Part shown: piece by piece, positions 10,567-19,845 of the stretch | How positions within the stretch are numbered: position 1 is the first letter of the stretch | Layout of the letters: each line of letters opens with the position of its first letter | Source: Candidatus Omnitrophota bacterium | GTDB taxonomy: Bacteria; Omnitrophota; Gorgyraeia; B26-G9 | Reading direction: 5' to 3' | Length of the DNA: 64,000 nt | NCBI GenBank assembly: GCA_043806135.1 | Contig: JAZDHG010000031.1 | Span: 1,110 to 65,109 of the forward strand | Translations under genes and position numbers: made by a program | The notes under the pieces: model-generated | Told to the model about the DNA's origin: nothing | What the model saw: the letters and a program-made list of their open reading frames with translations, nothing else | Database searches by the model: none

Positions 10567-10610
10567 TAATCTTCGTAATCTATTGATAATCGTTGTAATC
10601 AGGTGTAATC
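10567..10610 (+). promoter_or_regulatory. Array of five (G)TAATC pentamers at ~10-bp phasing upstream of glgA
   Basis: TAATC starts at 10567, 10576, 10587, 10596 and 10606, giving spacings of 9, 11, 9 and 10 nt. The stretch reads cgtaatctattgataatcgttgtaatcaggtgtaatc. Confidence 0.5.
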
Positions 10611-10646
10611 CAGCTTATGTGTGAGGATTATACCGGGGGGAGAATA

Positions 10647-12050
10647 ATGAAAGTATTGTTTTGTAGTTCGGAGGTTGTGCCGTTTGCAAAAACAGGGGGG
10701 CTTGCGGATGTTGCAGGGACTCTGCCGCCGGCATTGGAAGCTGCCGGTGTGCAGATAAAGATTGTAATGCCGAGATACAAGTGTGTTGATGTTAAGAAAT
10801 TCAAGCTGAAAAAAATTGATGATGATACATTCTCAACTACGATCGGAAAGAATGTAGAGGTTTTGTTCCTTGAGAAAAAACGTTTTTTTGACAGAGACGG
10901 ATTGTATCAGCAAAATGGTCTGGATTATCCTGATAATCTGGACAGGTTTACTTATTACTGCCTGCAGACGCTTAATCTGATAAAGAAAATAAATTTTAAG
11001 CCTGATATTATTCACTGCAATGACTGGCAGACCGGGCTGATCCCGATTTATCTTAAAGAAACATTTAAAAGCGATCCGTTTTATAAAAACATAAAGATAG
11101 TTTTTACTATACATAATCTTGGATATCAGGGACTTTTCGCAAAAGAGGAATTTGCCATAACCGGATTGAGTAAAGAGCTGTTTTCAGTTAACGGGCTTGA
11201 ATTTTACGGTAAAATCAATCTGCTCAAAGGAGGTTTATTGTTTTCAGACCTCATTAGCACGGTAAGTCCGACTTACGCTAAGGAAATTCAAAGTGCTGAA
11301 TTCGGATGCGGGCTTGAAGGAGTTTTGCAGAAAAGAAAAAAGGATATTACCGGAATATTAAACGGTATAAATTATAATGAGTGGGATCCCATGAAAAATA
11401 AAACCCTGGTAAAGAATTATGGGCCTGATTCGATAGAAGGCAAATATGAAAATAAAGAGGACCTGCAAAAACTCGGCAAACTTAAGGTAGATAGGAAAAT
11501 CCCGCTTTTGGGAATAGTCACCAGGCTTGCGGACCAGAAGGGATTGGACATACTCGCAGAAGTAATCGAAGAGGTTGTGCAAATGCCGGTTCAGTTTATT
11601 TTGCTTGGTACGGGAGAGCTCCGTTATCATAAACTATTTGAAGTTATAGGGAATAAGTATAAGAACACATTGATTCATTTGAAATTCGATGCTACCCTTG
11701 CCTATAAGATTTATGCGGGCTCGGACATCTTTCTGATGCCTTCATATTATGAACCCTGCGGTCTCGGTCAGCTTATAAGCCTTAATTTTGGAACAATTCC
11801 TCTGGTGCGCAGGACAGGCGGACTTGCAGATACTGTGGAGGATTTTGATCCTTTTACTAAAAAAGGAAACGGGTTTGTGTTTTCCAATTATCAGGCAGGA
11901 GCCTTACTGGAGACGATCAAACGCTCTCTATGTGTTTATAATGATGCTAAGACTTGGAAGGAATTGATCACAAGAGCGATAAAAAGTGATTTTTCCTGGG
12001 AAAAATCAGCCAAAGATTATGTTAATCTATATAAAAGCCTTAAATCTTAG
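10647..12050 (+). CDS. glgA: Glycogen synthase (ADP-glucose type, GT5)
   Basis: MKVLFCSSEVVPFAKTGGLADV is the GlgA N-terminal KTGGL motif. An RBS GGGGGGAGAATA lies upstream of the ATG at 10647. The ORF-track start at 10617 is probably too early. Confidence 0.9.
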   Translation: MKVLFCSSEVVPFAKTGGLADVAGTLPPALEAAGVQIKIVMPRYKCVDVKKFKLKKIDDDTFSTTIGKNVEVLFLEKKRFFDRDGLYQQNGLDYPDNLDRFTYYCLQTLNLIKKINFKPDIIHCNDWQTGLIPIYLKETFKSDPFYKNIKIVFTIHNLGYQGLFAKEEFAITGLSKELFSVNGLEFYGKINLLKGGLLFSDLISTVSPTYAKEIQSAEFGCGLEGVLQKRKKDITGILNGINYNEWDPMKNKTLVKNYGPDSIEGKYENKEDLQKLGKLKVDRKIPLLGIVTRLADQKGLDILAEVIEEVVQMPVQFILLGTGELRYHKLFEVIGNKYKNTLIHLKFDATLAYKIYAGSDIFLMPSYYEPCGLGQLISLNFGTIPLVRRTGGLADTVEDFDPFTKKGNGFVFSNYQAGALLETIKRSLCVYNDAKTWKELITRAIKSDFSWEKSAKDYVNLYKSLKS

Positions 12051-12060
12051 GTAAAAAGTC

Positions 12061-12669
12061 ATGATTATAATCGGCCTTACAGGAGGACTCGCCAGCGGCA
12101 AGACTAGGATAGCGAGGATGTTTGCTGCTCTTGGAGCACAAGTGTTGGATGCAGACGCAATAGCGCATAGGGCACTTTTTAAAAATACGCATTGTTATAA
12201 GCAGGTTATCAGAAAGTTCGGAAGAAGTATCCTGAATACGGATGGTTCTATAAATAGGAAGAAGCTTGCGCGGCTTGCTTTCGTGAGTAATAAAAAACAA
12301 CAGCATCTATGCTCAATTTTACATCCGTGGGTTTTTACCTACATAAGAGAAAAAATAAAAAAAGCAGAAAAAAATAAAACAGCTAAAGCAATTGTTGTTG
12401 AAGCGGTATTGCTGATAGAATCAGGCCTTTACAAGGAAATGGATAAAATCCTGCTTGTAAGGTCTACGAGGGCACAGCAAATAGCCAGAGCTGCTTTAAA
12501 ACGCAAGATGACTTCAGTACAGGCAAAACAGAGAATGCGTTTTCAGCTGCTTTTTGTTCAAAAGAGTAAGTATGCTGATTATATTGTTGATAATCGAGGT
12601 GTGTTAAAAGATACAGAAAAAAAAGTAAAAAAAATATGGAAAGAAATTTTGTTGAGAAATGATTTGTAA
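12061..12669 (+). CDS. coaE: Dephospho-CoA kinase
   Basis: IIGLTGGLASGKT is the P-loop, and the product is 202 aa. Confidence 0.85.
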   Translation: MIIIGLTGGLASGKTRIARMFAALGAQVLDADAIAHRALFKNTHCYKQVIRKFGRSILNTDGSINRKKLARLAFVSNKKQQHLCSILHPWVFTYIREKIKKAEKNKTAKAIVVEAVLLIESGLYKEMDKILLVRSTRAQQIARAALKRKMTSVQAKQRMRFQLLFVQKSKYADYIVDNRGVLKDTEKKVKKIWKEILLRNDL

Positions 12670-12684
12670 AAGAAGGGGAGGAAT

Positions 12685-14082
12685 ATGAAACCAAAGCAGG
12701 AAAAAGTAAAACAGGTGAAAACCTCAAATAATAATAACAACAAGTTTTCCGCAGGCAGTAATGCCCACACCAGACCGGAGCAGTTTAATGAACGTCCGCC
12801 GCAAAAGCCTGAAGGGCATATGGATATCGGAGAACTGAAGGGGACCAGCGGTGCAAATCTTATTAAAATTGCCAAGGAGTTGAAGATAGCCGGAATAAGC
12901 GGCTCCAGAAAACAGGATTTGATATTTAAGATATTGCAGGCACAGGCGGAGAAAGCCGGAAATATGTTTGGCGAGGGGATATTGGAGGTGCTTCCTGACG
13001 GCTTCGGATTTCTGCGCTCGCCGAATTATAATTATTTGCCTTGTCCGGATGATATATATATTTCGCCATCTCAAATAAGAAAATTTGCTTTGAGGACAGG
13101 AGATACCGTTAGCGGCCAGATTCGGCCTCCGAAAGAGGGAGAGCGGTACTTTGCCCTGCTGAAAGTAGAGGCAGTTGATTTTGAAGCACCGGAGAAGGCA
13201 AAGGAAAAAATTCTTTTTGACAACCTGACGCCTCTTTATCCGGATGACCGTTTTATTCTGGAGACAAATCCGGAAGAGATTTCTACCAGGATCATGGATT
13301 TGCTGACCCCCATAGGCAAGGGGCAGCGCGGACTTATTGTCGCGCCTCCTTACAGCGGCAAAACAGTATTGCTGCAGAAGATCGCTAACAGCATAACTAC
13401 TAATAATGAGGATGTGATCCTTATCGTCCTGTTAATAGATGAGCGGCCTGAGGAAGTTACCGATATGCAGCGCTCAGTAAAAGGCGAGGTCATAAGCAGT
13501 ACTTTTGATGAGCCGCCTGAGCGTCACGTTCAAGTAGCGGAGATGGTTATTGAAAAGGCGAAGAGGCTTGTAGAGTGCGGTAGGGATGTAGTAGTATTGC
13601 TTGACAGTATTACCCGCCTGGCAAGAGCGCATAATACGGTTGTACCTCATTCGGGGAAAATATTATCAGGCGGAGTAGACTCAACAGCTTTGCAGAAGCC
13701 AAAGAGATTTTTCGGAGCGGCAAGGAACATAGAAGAAGGAGGATCGCTGACAATATTGGCGACTGCTCTTGTCGATACGGGTTCGCGAATGGATGAAGTT
13801 ATATTTGAAGAGTTTAAGGGAACCGGCAATATGGAATTACAGCTTGACCGCAATCTGTTCCAGCGCCGTATTTATCCGGCGATAGACATAAAGCGTTCAA
13901 ATACGCGTAAAGAAGAACTGCTGGTTAATCCCGATGAGCTAAAACTTATCTGGATACTGCGCAAGGCATTGAATGAACTGAGCTCTGTAGAGGCGATGGA
14001 GCTTCTTACCGGTAAACTAAAGAAAGTCAGCACGAACGCGGAATTTTTACTCAGCCTTGCTAAAAACGGACAAACCGGATAA
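12685..14082 (+). CDS. rho: Transcription termination factor Rho (with Asn-rich N-terminal insertion)
   Basis: The P-loop is [17 protein letters not shown]. The RNA-binding OB domain carries GFGFLRS, and the Q- and R-loop region is conserved. Confidence 0.95.
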   Translation: MKPKQEKVKQVKTSNNNNNKFSAGSNAHTRPEQFNERPPQKPEGHMDIGELKGTSGANLIKIAKELKIAGISGSRKQDLIFKILQAQAEKAGNMFGEGILEVLPDGFGFLRSPNYNYLPCPDDIYISPSQIRKFALRTGDTVSGQIRPPKEGERYFALLKVEAVDFEAPEKAKEKILFDNLTPLYPDDRFILETNPEEISTRIMDLLTPIGKGQRGLIVAPPYSGKTVLLQKIANSITTNNEDVILIVLLIDERPEEVTDMQRSVKGEVISSTFDEPPERHVQVAEMVIEKAKRLVECGRDVVVLLDSITRLARAHNTVVPHSGKILSGGVDSTALQKPKRFFGAARNIEEGGSLTILATALVDTGSRMDEVIFEEFKGTGNMELQLDRNLFQRRIYPAIDIKRSNTRKEELLVNPDELKLIWILRKALNELSSVEAMELLTGKLKKVSTNAEFLLSLAKNGQTG

Positions 14083-14200
14083 AGTAATGGGAAAAGAGTA
14101 AACTTTTAAAAGCATAGTTGACTAATAGTTAATTGTTTGGTAAACTTTGAGGCTCGTAATTATATAGAAAATATTCCGCCAAAAGGCGGTCTCATAAAAT

Positions 14201-14287
14201 GCAGCGGGACAGGCGGGATTTAATTCGGCCATATTATTTACATCATTATATTCTGTAAATAATGGCCTCATTAAAGGAGGAGAAAAC
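14201..14287 (+). ncRNA. Conserved 5'-leader element, copy 1 (upstream of rpmE)
   Basis: The core GCGGGATTTAATTCG is followed by a 13-bp hairpin GGCCAT(AT)TATTTAC…GTAAATAATGGCC, then CTCATTAAAGGAGG and the ATG. The other copies are at 19325-19491 and 31820-31991. Confidence 0.45.
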
Positions 14288-14485
14288 ATGAAAGAGAAGA
14301 TCCATCCGGAGTATAAAAAAACTACAATAACCTGTGCTTGCGGAGAAGTAATGCAGATATCCAGCACAAGAGAAAATATCAGAGTTGAAATTTGTAGTAA
14401 TTGCCATCCTTTTTATACCGGAAAACAGAAACTCGTTGATACGGCCGGCCGTGTAGAACGTTTCAAAAAGAGATATGCAAGATAA
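14288..14485 (+). CDS. rpmE: 50S ribosomal protein L31
   Basis: MKEKIHPEY…CACG…[10 protein letters not shown] is the zinc-ribbon L31. Confidence 0.95.
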   Translation: MKEKIHPEYKKTTITCACGEVMQISSTRENIRVEICSNCHPFYTGKQKLVDTAGRVERFKKRYAR

Positions 14486-15563
14486 GCAGATACTCTTTAG
14501 CAAATTCAAGGGTTTTCAAAAACGTTTTCAGTTTTTAGAAAATCAGATGGTTGACCCCCAAGTAATAAAGGATGTTGCCCTTTATCGGAAAATGGCAAAA
14601 GAAAGGGCCGGCCTTTGCGAGCGAATCGAAAAATTCAAGGAGATGGAAAAACTTGAAAAAGAGATTGCTCGTCTTGAAGTCATAGTTCACGAAGCTCGAG
14701 AAGAAAAAGAATTTCTTGAGCTTGTCGACTCTGAACTTGAAGAGCTCAGGCAGAAGCATAAAGATGTATATAGTGAACTTGAGGAATTTCTCATCGAGCA
14801 GGATCCCCGTGACAGTAAGGATGTAATCGTCGAAATACGGGCTGGTACAGGCGGAGAAGAGGCGGCTCTTTTTGTCGCTGATCTTTACCGTATGTATACC
14901 CATTATGCTGATAAATTTGGATTTAATGTCGAGATAATAAATTCAAACCCCACACCTATCGGCGGTTTTAAAGAAATTATATTTTCCGTGGAAGGGATTG
15001 GTGCTTTCAGGCAATTTAAGTTTGAAAGCGGTGTTCACCGTGTGCAAAGAGTCCCCAGTACAGAGTCATCAGGCAGGATTCATACGTCGGCTGTAAGTGT
15101 AGCTGTTTTTCCGGAAGCAGAAGAGATGGAGATCAAGATCAATCCGGCTGATTTAAAAATAGATGTTTACCGTTCTACCGGATCAGGAGGCCAAAGCGTA
15201 AATACCACTGATTCAGCTGTAAGAATAACTCATTTGCCTACGGGTACCGTGGTTACCTGCCAGGACGAAAGGTCTCAGATAAAGAATAAAGTAAAGGCGT
15301 TTAAAGTACTGCGGGCACGGCTGCTTGATAAGGCACAAAGTGAAAAAGAATCAAAAATCAAACAAGAACGCCGTATGCAGATAGGGACAGGTGACAGGAG
15401 TGAAAAAATACGCACATATAACTTCCCTGACCGACGGGTAACAGATCACCGTGTAGGCGTTACACTTTATAAGATAGAGCAGATATTAGAAGGTGAATTA
15501 GGTGAATTGATATCACATCTGGCCGAGGCAGAGAAAAAACTAAAGCTTAGTAAGGCAGAATAA
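14475..15563 (+). CDS. prfA: Peptide chain release factor 1
   Basis: The GGQ motif is present in [25 protein letters not shown]. The protein has RF-1 length, and the RF1 methylase prmC lies downstream. Confidence 0.9.
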   Translation: MQDKQILFSKFKGFQKRFQFLENQMVDPQVIKDVALYRKMAKERAGLCERIEKFKEMEKLEKEIARLEVIVHEAREEKEFLELVDSELEELRQKHKDVYSELEEFLIEQDPRDSKDVIVEIRAGTGGEEAALFVADLYRMYTHYADKFGFNVEIINSNPTPIGGFKEIIFSVEGIGAFRQFKFESGVHRVQRVPSTESSGRIHTSAVSVAVFPEAEEMEIKINPADLKIDVYRSTGSGGQSVNTTDSAVRITHLPTGTVVTCQDERSQIKNKVKAFKVLRARLLDKAQSEKESKIKQERRMQIGTGDRSEKIRTYNFPDRRVTDHRVGVTLYKIEQILEGELGELISHLAEAEKKLKLSKAE

Positions 15564-15596
15564 GCCGTGCAATGTTTATCCCGCATGCTTTGAAAA

Positions 15597-15668
15597 CCCC
15601 AGCTTTTAAGCTGGGGATGAAAGCAACTCTGCGGGATTCCGCTCAGAAACCCCGGGCTTTAGCCCGGG
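15597..15668 (+). terminator. Two tandem GC-rich stem-loops after prfA (CCCCAGC-ttttaa-GCTGGGG and CCCGGGCT-tt-AGCCCGGG), no clear U-tract
   Basis: The inverted repeats are read directly. They may be terminator hairpins or a small REP-like repeat. Confidence 0.35.
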
Positions 15669-15907
15669 TGAGCTTCATTTGTAAAAAGCACCTTATAAAA
15701 CCCAGAAATTACATTAGCTTGTGGTGAATAATATTAATCTTTTTGGTTGAAAGCAGTTATAAAAAGCCTCTATATGCCTCAGAGGGCATGCCTGCATTTT
15801 TTGTAACTGTTTCATCTCGAAAATCTTAACACTCTTCATCCGCAAACTAAGGCAAAATCCGGGTTAGAGGTGCATTTTTTTTAAGAAGGATAAATAGGAT
15901 AATATAT

Positions 15908-15958
15908 GGTTCTTTCTTGTTTAAGATGAACGAAAGAACCTGATTATACTGATTAAAA
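15908..15958 (-). repeat. 52-nt dispersed hairpin repeat, copy C (minus orientation)
   Basis: The reverse complement is ttttaatcagtataatcaggttctttcgttcatcttaaacaagaaagaacc. It matches the copies at 44944 and 54584. Confidence 0.6.
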
Positions 15959-16069
15959 GCCCGATTATATGGGGTATTCTTAATTTGTTTTAATAACTTG
16001 CAAATCATTAAGTTATAGAAAACTATTCAACTTAATTAAGAATGGCCCAAAAAATGCCATTTTCAGGAA

Positions 16070-16297
16070 ATGCCTATGGAAAAGCTGGTAGCAGTGGTTT
16101 TGATCGCGTGTACAATCTCATTGATCTTGGTTAGAGGCATATATGCGCAGCAAAAAGGCGGCAGCCGTGTTATATATGAAGAAAGCACAACTTTAAAAGA
16201 TGCAAAACACCGGTCTAAAATTCTATCTGAAATAGAGGCGCAAAATTCTCAGGGTGCGGATAATCCGGAACAAAAAAAATGCCGACAGATGACTTAA
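16070..16297 (+). CDS. Hypothetical secreted protein, N-terminal part (signal peptide); probably one gene with the following ORF, interrupted at an A8 run
   Basis: The product begins with the signal peptide MPMEKLVAVVLIACTISLILVRGIYAQQ. The ORF ends just after the homopolymer at 16275-16282. Confidence 0.35.
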   Translation: MPMEKLVAVVLIACTISLILVRGIYAQQKGGSRVIYEESTTLKDAKHRSKILSEIEAQNSQGADNPEQKKCRQMT

Positions 16298-16479
16298 TGG
16301 AAAAAATCATGCCTCTTGTAAAGAAGTTTTTAGGCAAAGATGCGGCTGCTTTACTTAATGCGTATAAAAAGGGAAATGGTGATAAACAGAAGCTTGTTCC
16401 TGATGGACAAACGGATGAAGTCAAGTTTAAGGAATTCTTTGATGAGCACCAGTGGAAGGGATTAAGACGTTCAAAATAG
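16279..16479 (+). CDS. Hypothetical protein, C-terminal part of the putative split gene
   Basis: The start ATG is formed by the last A of the A8 run. An A9 would fuse this in frame to the upstream ORF. Confidence 0.3.
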   Translation: MPTDDLMEKIMPLVKKFLGKDAAALLNAYKKGNGDKQKLVPDGQTDEVKFKEFFDEHQWKGLRRSK

Positions 16480-16722
16480 CTTATAGTGAATAGCTTAAAA
16501 TTAAGTAGCTTTTCGACTTTGCTCAGGGTCCCGTGTGGAATCGAGGGACGAAGGCGAAAAATAAGTTACGAATGTGCTATCCTGAAATAGGTTGACAGAA
16601 AATAATGACTAAGATGCTAACTATTTGCCAATGCTAATATATTCATGGGGATGAGGTTGGAAAAAGTGTCAACTATTTTAGGACAAGACAACAGAGGATA
16701 GCATTTAGCGATTAGGAAAAGT

Positions 16723-17622
16723 ATGTTGGATATAAAAACTGGTAAAGGTCATGATATTCGTTATGCGATGAAATTGGCAATCAATGAGCTTGAGCAGGCC
16801 CATATCGCCTGTGCGCGCAAAGAAGCAGAGCTGCTGCTGTCAAATCTTTTAGATTGCGAGTTTGCCGTGCTTTATTTATCGATGGATAAAATATTGGAAC
16901 CTCAGATGCTAAACAAGTTTAAAGATCTTATTCGCAAGAGATGCCGAGATGTGCCTCTGCAATATTTAATGCGGGAAACTTGCTTTTACGGACTGAAACT
17001 TCATGTGGAAGAAGGAGTTTTTATCCCAAGGCCTGAGACAGAGGTTTTGGTTGAAAGAATTATTGAGTTGGTTCAGAAAAATATAAGAAAACCTGTGCGT
17101 ATGCTGGAGTTATGTACCGGTTCAGGAAATATTTCTGTTGCATTGACAAAAAACCTGCAATATTGTAAAATTATGAGTTCAGATATCAGTCCGCAGGCTC
17201 TAGTTATTGCCCGGCAAAATGCCAGAAGACATGGTCTTGATAATAGGATAGAATTCGTACAAGGAGACTTATTCTCGGCGCTATCTGAGCTAAAAGACCT
17301 CAATGACAGGTTTGATATAATTATTGCGAATCCGCCTTATATTGCCCATCAAGAGCTTAAGAATCTACCTCAAGATGTAGGTCATGAGCCGCAGAATGCA
17401 CTTGATGGAGGCAAAGACGGTCTTATGTTTTACAAAAATATAATTTCAGGATGTACCCCTTATTTGAAAAATGGCGGATACATTGCTTTTGAATTTGGAG
17501 ATGAGCAGAGGCAAAGTATTGAGGAAATTATTTGTAACAGTCAGTTTTTTGAAAAGCCGTTTTTTTTCTCTGATTTGAATGGTATAGTAAGATTTGTAAT
17601 CGCGAGGCGCTTTTGTGGATAA
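16723..17622 (+). CDS. prmC: Release factor glutamine N5-methyltransferase (PrmC/HemK)
   Basis: NPPY is the substrate motif, seen in IIIANPPYI. The SAM fold is LELCTGSGNIS, and the gene is adjacent to prfA. Confidence 0.85.
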   Translation: MLDIKTGKGHDIRYAMKLAINELEQAHIACARKEAELLLSNLLDCEFAVLYLSMDKILEPQMLNKFKDLIRKRCRDVPLQYLMRETCFYGLKLHVEEGVFIPRPETEVLVERIIELVQKNIRKPVRMLELCTGSGNISVALTKNLQYCKIMSSDISPQALVIARQNARRHGLDNRIEFVQGDLFSALSELKDLNDRFDIIIANPPYIAHQELKNLPQDVGHEPQNALDGGKDGLMFYKNIISGCTPYLKNGGYIAFEFGDEQRQSIEEIICNSQFFEKPFFFSDLNGIVRFVIARRFCG

Positions 17623-18880
17623 AATTATTATCGAGGGCGGTGTCCCTTTAAGAGGGACGATTGAGATCAGCGGGGCAAAAAATGCCGCATTGCCTATTAT
17701 TGCCGCGACCTTGCTCACGGAAGAAAAATGCGTTATTAAGAATGTCCCGTCCTTGCGTGATGTTTTTACAATGATAAAAATTTTACGATCACTGGGTGTT
17801 AAGGCGCAAATGGACGGCGACAGGATTACGGTCGAGCCGAAAAAATATAAAAGCTATATTGCTGATTATAAGTTTGTAAGTACTATGAGAGCATCAATTT
17901 GTGTACTTGGTCCTCTTTTAGCAAAAAAGAAGCAGGCAAAGGTTTCTATGCCGGGCGGATGTGTTATCGGTCAAAGGCCTGTTGACCTGCATATAAAAGG
18001 TCTGCGCGCTTTAGGCGCCCGCATAAAAATAGAGCATGGTTATATTGTTGCAAGTGTAAAAAAACTGCAGGGCAATAATATATTTTTGGGCGGGGCCTAC
18101 GGCTCATCGGTTTTAGCGACATCGAATGTGTTAATGGCGGCAGTTTTAGCACGCGGCAGAACATTAATTGAAAACGCTGCCTGTGAGCCTGAGATCATTG
18201 ATCTGGCTAATTTTTTAATTAAGATGGGAGCAAAGATCAATGGGCAGGGAACACCCATCGTGGAAATTGAAGGGGTAAAGCGGCTAAATGGTGCAACCCA
18301 CAGCGTGATACCTGACAGGATAGAAACAGGAACGCATATTTTAGCGGCGGCAATTACCGGCGGAGAGTTGACTATAAAAAAAGCAAGGCTGGATCATTTA
18401 TCGGCGCTTATTGATAAGCTTTCTCAGATCGGTGTTAAGGTAACATCCGGTAATAATATGATACATGTTAAAAAGAAGACATCAGTTTTAAAATCCACGG
18501 ATATTACTACTTTGCCGTATCCTGGTTTTCCTACTGATATGCAGGCGCAAATGATGGCTCTTTTGTCAGTCAGTGAAGGTATAAGCGTTTTGACGGAAAA
18601 GATCTTCCCGGACAGGTTTATGCATGTTAGCGAATTGAACCGTATGGGAGCAAATATATTTTTGGAGGGGGCAAGCGCGATAGTTAAAGGGACAAAACGT
18701 CTTAGCGGAGCACCGGTTATGGCGTCAGATCTGCGGGCTTCAGCGGCACTTATCTTGGCAGGTCTTGTCGCTAAAGGAAAAACCGAAATATCGAGGATTT
18801 ATCACCTGGATAGAGGTTATGAAAGAATAGAAGAGAAGTTGATGAAAGTAGGAGCAAAAATAAAAAGAGTCAAAGAGTAG
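17615..18880 (+). CDS. murA: UDP-N-acetylglucosamine 1-carboxyvinyltransferase
   Basis: The 421-aa product has the EPSP/MurA fold. The active-site Cys region is VSMPGGCVIGQRPVDLH. Confidence 0.9.
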   Translation: MDKIIIEGGVPLRGTIEISGAKNAALPIIAATLLTEEKCVIKNVPSLRDVFTMIKILRSLGVKAQMDGDRITVEPKKYKSYIADYKFVSTMRASICVLGPLLAKKKQAKVSMPGGCVIGQRPVDLHIKGLRALGARIKIEHGYIVASVKKLQGNNIFLGGAYGSSVLATSNVLMAAVLARGRTLIENAACEPEIIDLANFLIKMGAKINGQGTPIVEIEGVKRLNGATHSVIPDRIETGTHILAAAITGGELTIKKARLDHLSALIDKLSQIGVKVTSGNNMIHVKKKTSVLKSTDITTLPYPGFPTDMQAQMMALLSVSEGISVLTEKIFPDRFMHVSELNRMGANIFLEGASAIVKGTKRLSGAPVMASDLRASAALILAGLVAKGKTEISRIYHLDRGYERIEEKLMKVGAKIKRVKE

Positions 18881-18989
18881 ACACGAATAAACACGAATTA
18901 CACACTAATTAATATAAATATATCGATGTAAACAAGTAATGTTTTAAATCAGTGGTTTTTGTGTTAGATTTGTGAGAATTTGTGTATTT

Positions 18990-19018
18990 CGCGAAGCGAA
19001 ATTAGAGGAGGTGAGTAC
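18990..19018 (+). promoter_or_regulatory. Phased TTTGTG hexamers (3x, 10-11 bp) upstream of rpsP
   Basis: Read directly: tttgtgttagatttgtgagaatttgtg. A direct repeat ACACGAAT x2 also occurs at 18885-18905. Confidence 0.3.
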
Positions 19019-19303
19019 GTGGCAGTTATTATCCGTTTAGCAAGACTTGGCGCAAAAAGGAAACCGCATCACAAAATTGTGGTAATTGAACAGCATAGAC
19101 CCAGAGATGGAAGGTTTATTGAAGAGATTGGATATTATGATCCTTCAAAAAATCCAGCTTTAGTAGAAGTTAAGGAAGACAGGGCAATGTATTGGATTAG
19201 TGTCGGGGCAAAACCAACACCTACAGTGAAAAGTATCTTTAAGAATAAAAAAATTCCGCTTAAAATAAAGCGAAGACAAGACTTAAAGAGCAAAGAGAAT
19301 TAA
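19019..19303 (+). CDS. rpsP: 30S ribosomal protein S16
   Basis: A GTG start follows the RBS GGAGGTGA, giving (M)AVIIRLARLGAKRKP… which is the S16 N-terminus. The ORF-track start at 18980 is too early. Confidence 0.85.
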   Translation: MAVIIRLARLGAKRKPHHKIVVIEQHRPRDGRFIEEIGYYDPSKNPALVEVKEDRAMYWISVGAKPTPTVKSIFKNKKIPLKIKRRQDLKSKEN

Positions 19304-19324
19304 GTCTGATATTGAGCTTTACCT

Positions 19325-19491
19325 CGCCCTCTGCGCGATGTGTAGAGGTTTAGATGGAGGAGGATGGTATTAATAGTAAAAAGTAGAACCTGGCCAGGGA
19401 ATAGATTAGAGAGCGGGATTCAATTCGCGTGTACAATTTAAAAAAAATATTATTTCATAAATTGTGCGCTCACGGGAAAAGGAGGTAAGTC
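19325..19491 (+). ncRNA. Conserved 5'-leader element, copy 2 (upstream of lipoprotein/trmD operon)
   Basis: It begins with CCCTCTGCGCGATGTGTAGAGG. The core CAGGGAATAGATTAGAGAGCGGGATTCAATTCGCG follows, then a hairpin GCGTGTACAATTT…AAATTGTGCGC, then GGAAAAGGAGG and the ATG. Confidence 0.45.
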
Positions 19492-19821
19492 ATGATCAGG
19501 GGCCTTGTATTTTTATTAGTTTCGGGTGTACTTTTTTCTGTATCAGGCTGTACAATGTCTGAAGTTATGGGGGTTCAAAAGGAAAAACCGGTACGCTATG
19601 AGTCAAAGCCGAATTTAAGTGCAAAGGAAAATCATGATTTAAAGACTTGGTTGAATGCTGCTGAAACGGCAGATGAGGTCGGGGATTATAAAATGGCAAT
19701 TCTTTATTATACAAAGATTATGAATTACTTCCCGGACACAAAAGAAGGCGGACTAGCACAAAAGCGCCTTAAAGAGATAAACGGAAAGCCTAGTTTAGCT
19801 GAAGGAAAAAAATCTTTATAA
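19492..19821 (+). CDS. Small lipoprotein with one TPR-like motif (occupies the usual rimM position)
   Basis: The signal peptide has a lipobox, LFSVSGC. The product is 109 aa. Confidence 0.6.
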   Translation: MIRGLVFLLVSGVLFSVSGCTMSEVMGVQKEKPVRYESKPNLSAKENHDLKTWLNAAETADEVGDYKMAILYYTKIMNYFPDTKEGGLAQKRLKEINGKPSLAEGKKSL

Positions 19822-19845
19822 CGTTTTAAAACAGTAAAAAGAAAT

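Noticed and set aside
15767-15805. Rho-independent terminator at gCCTCTatatgcctcAGAGGgcatgcctgcattttttg
   Set aside because: The stem candidates are short or interrupted (CCTCT/AGAGG with a 9-nt loop; GGCATGCC palindrome without a loop). A U-tract is present, but the structure is too weak to call confidently.
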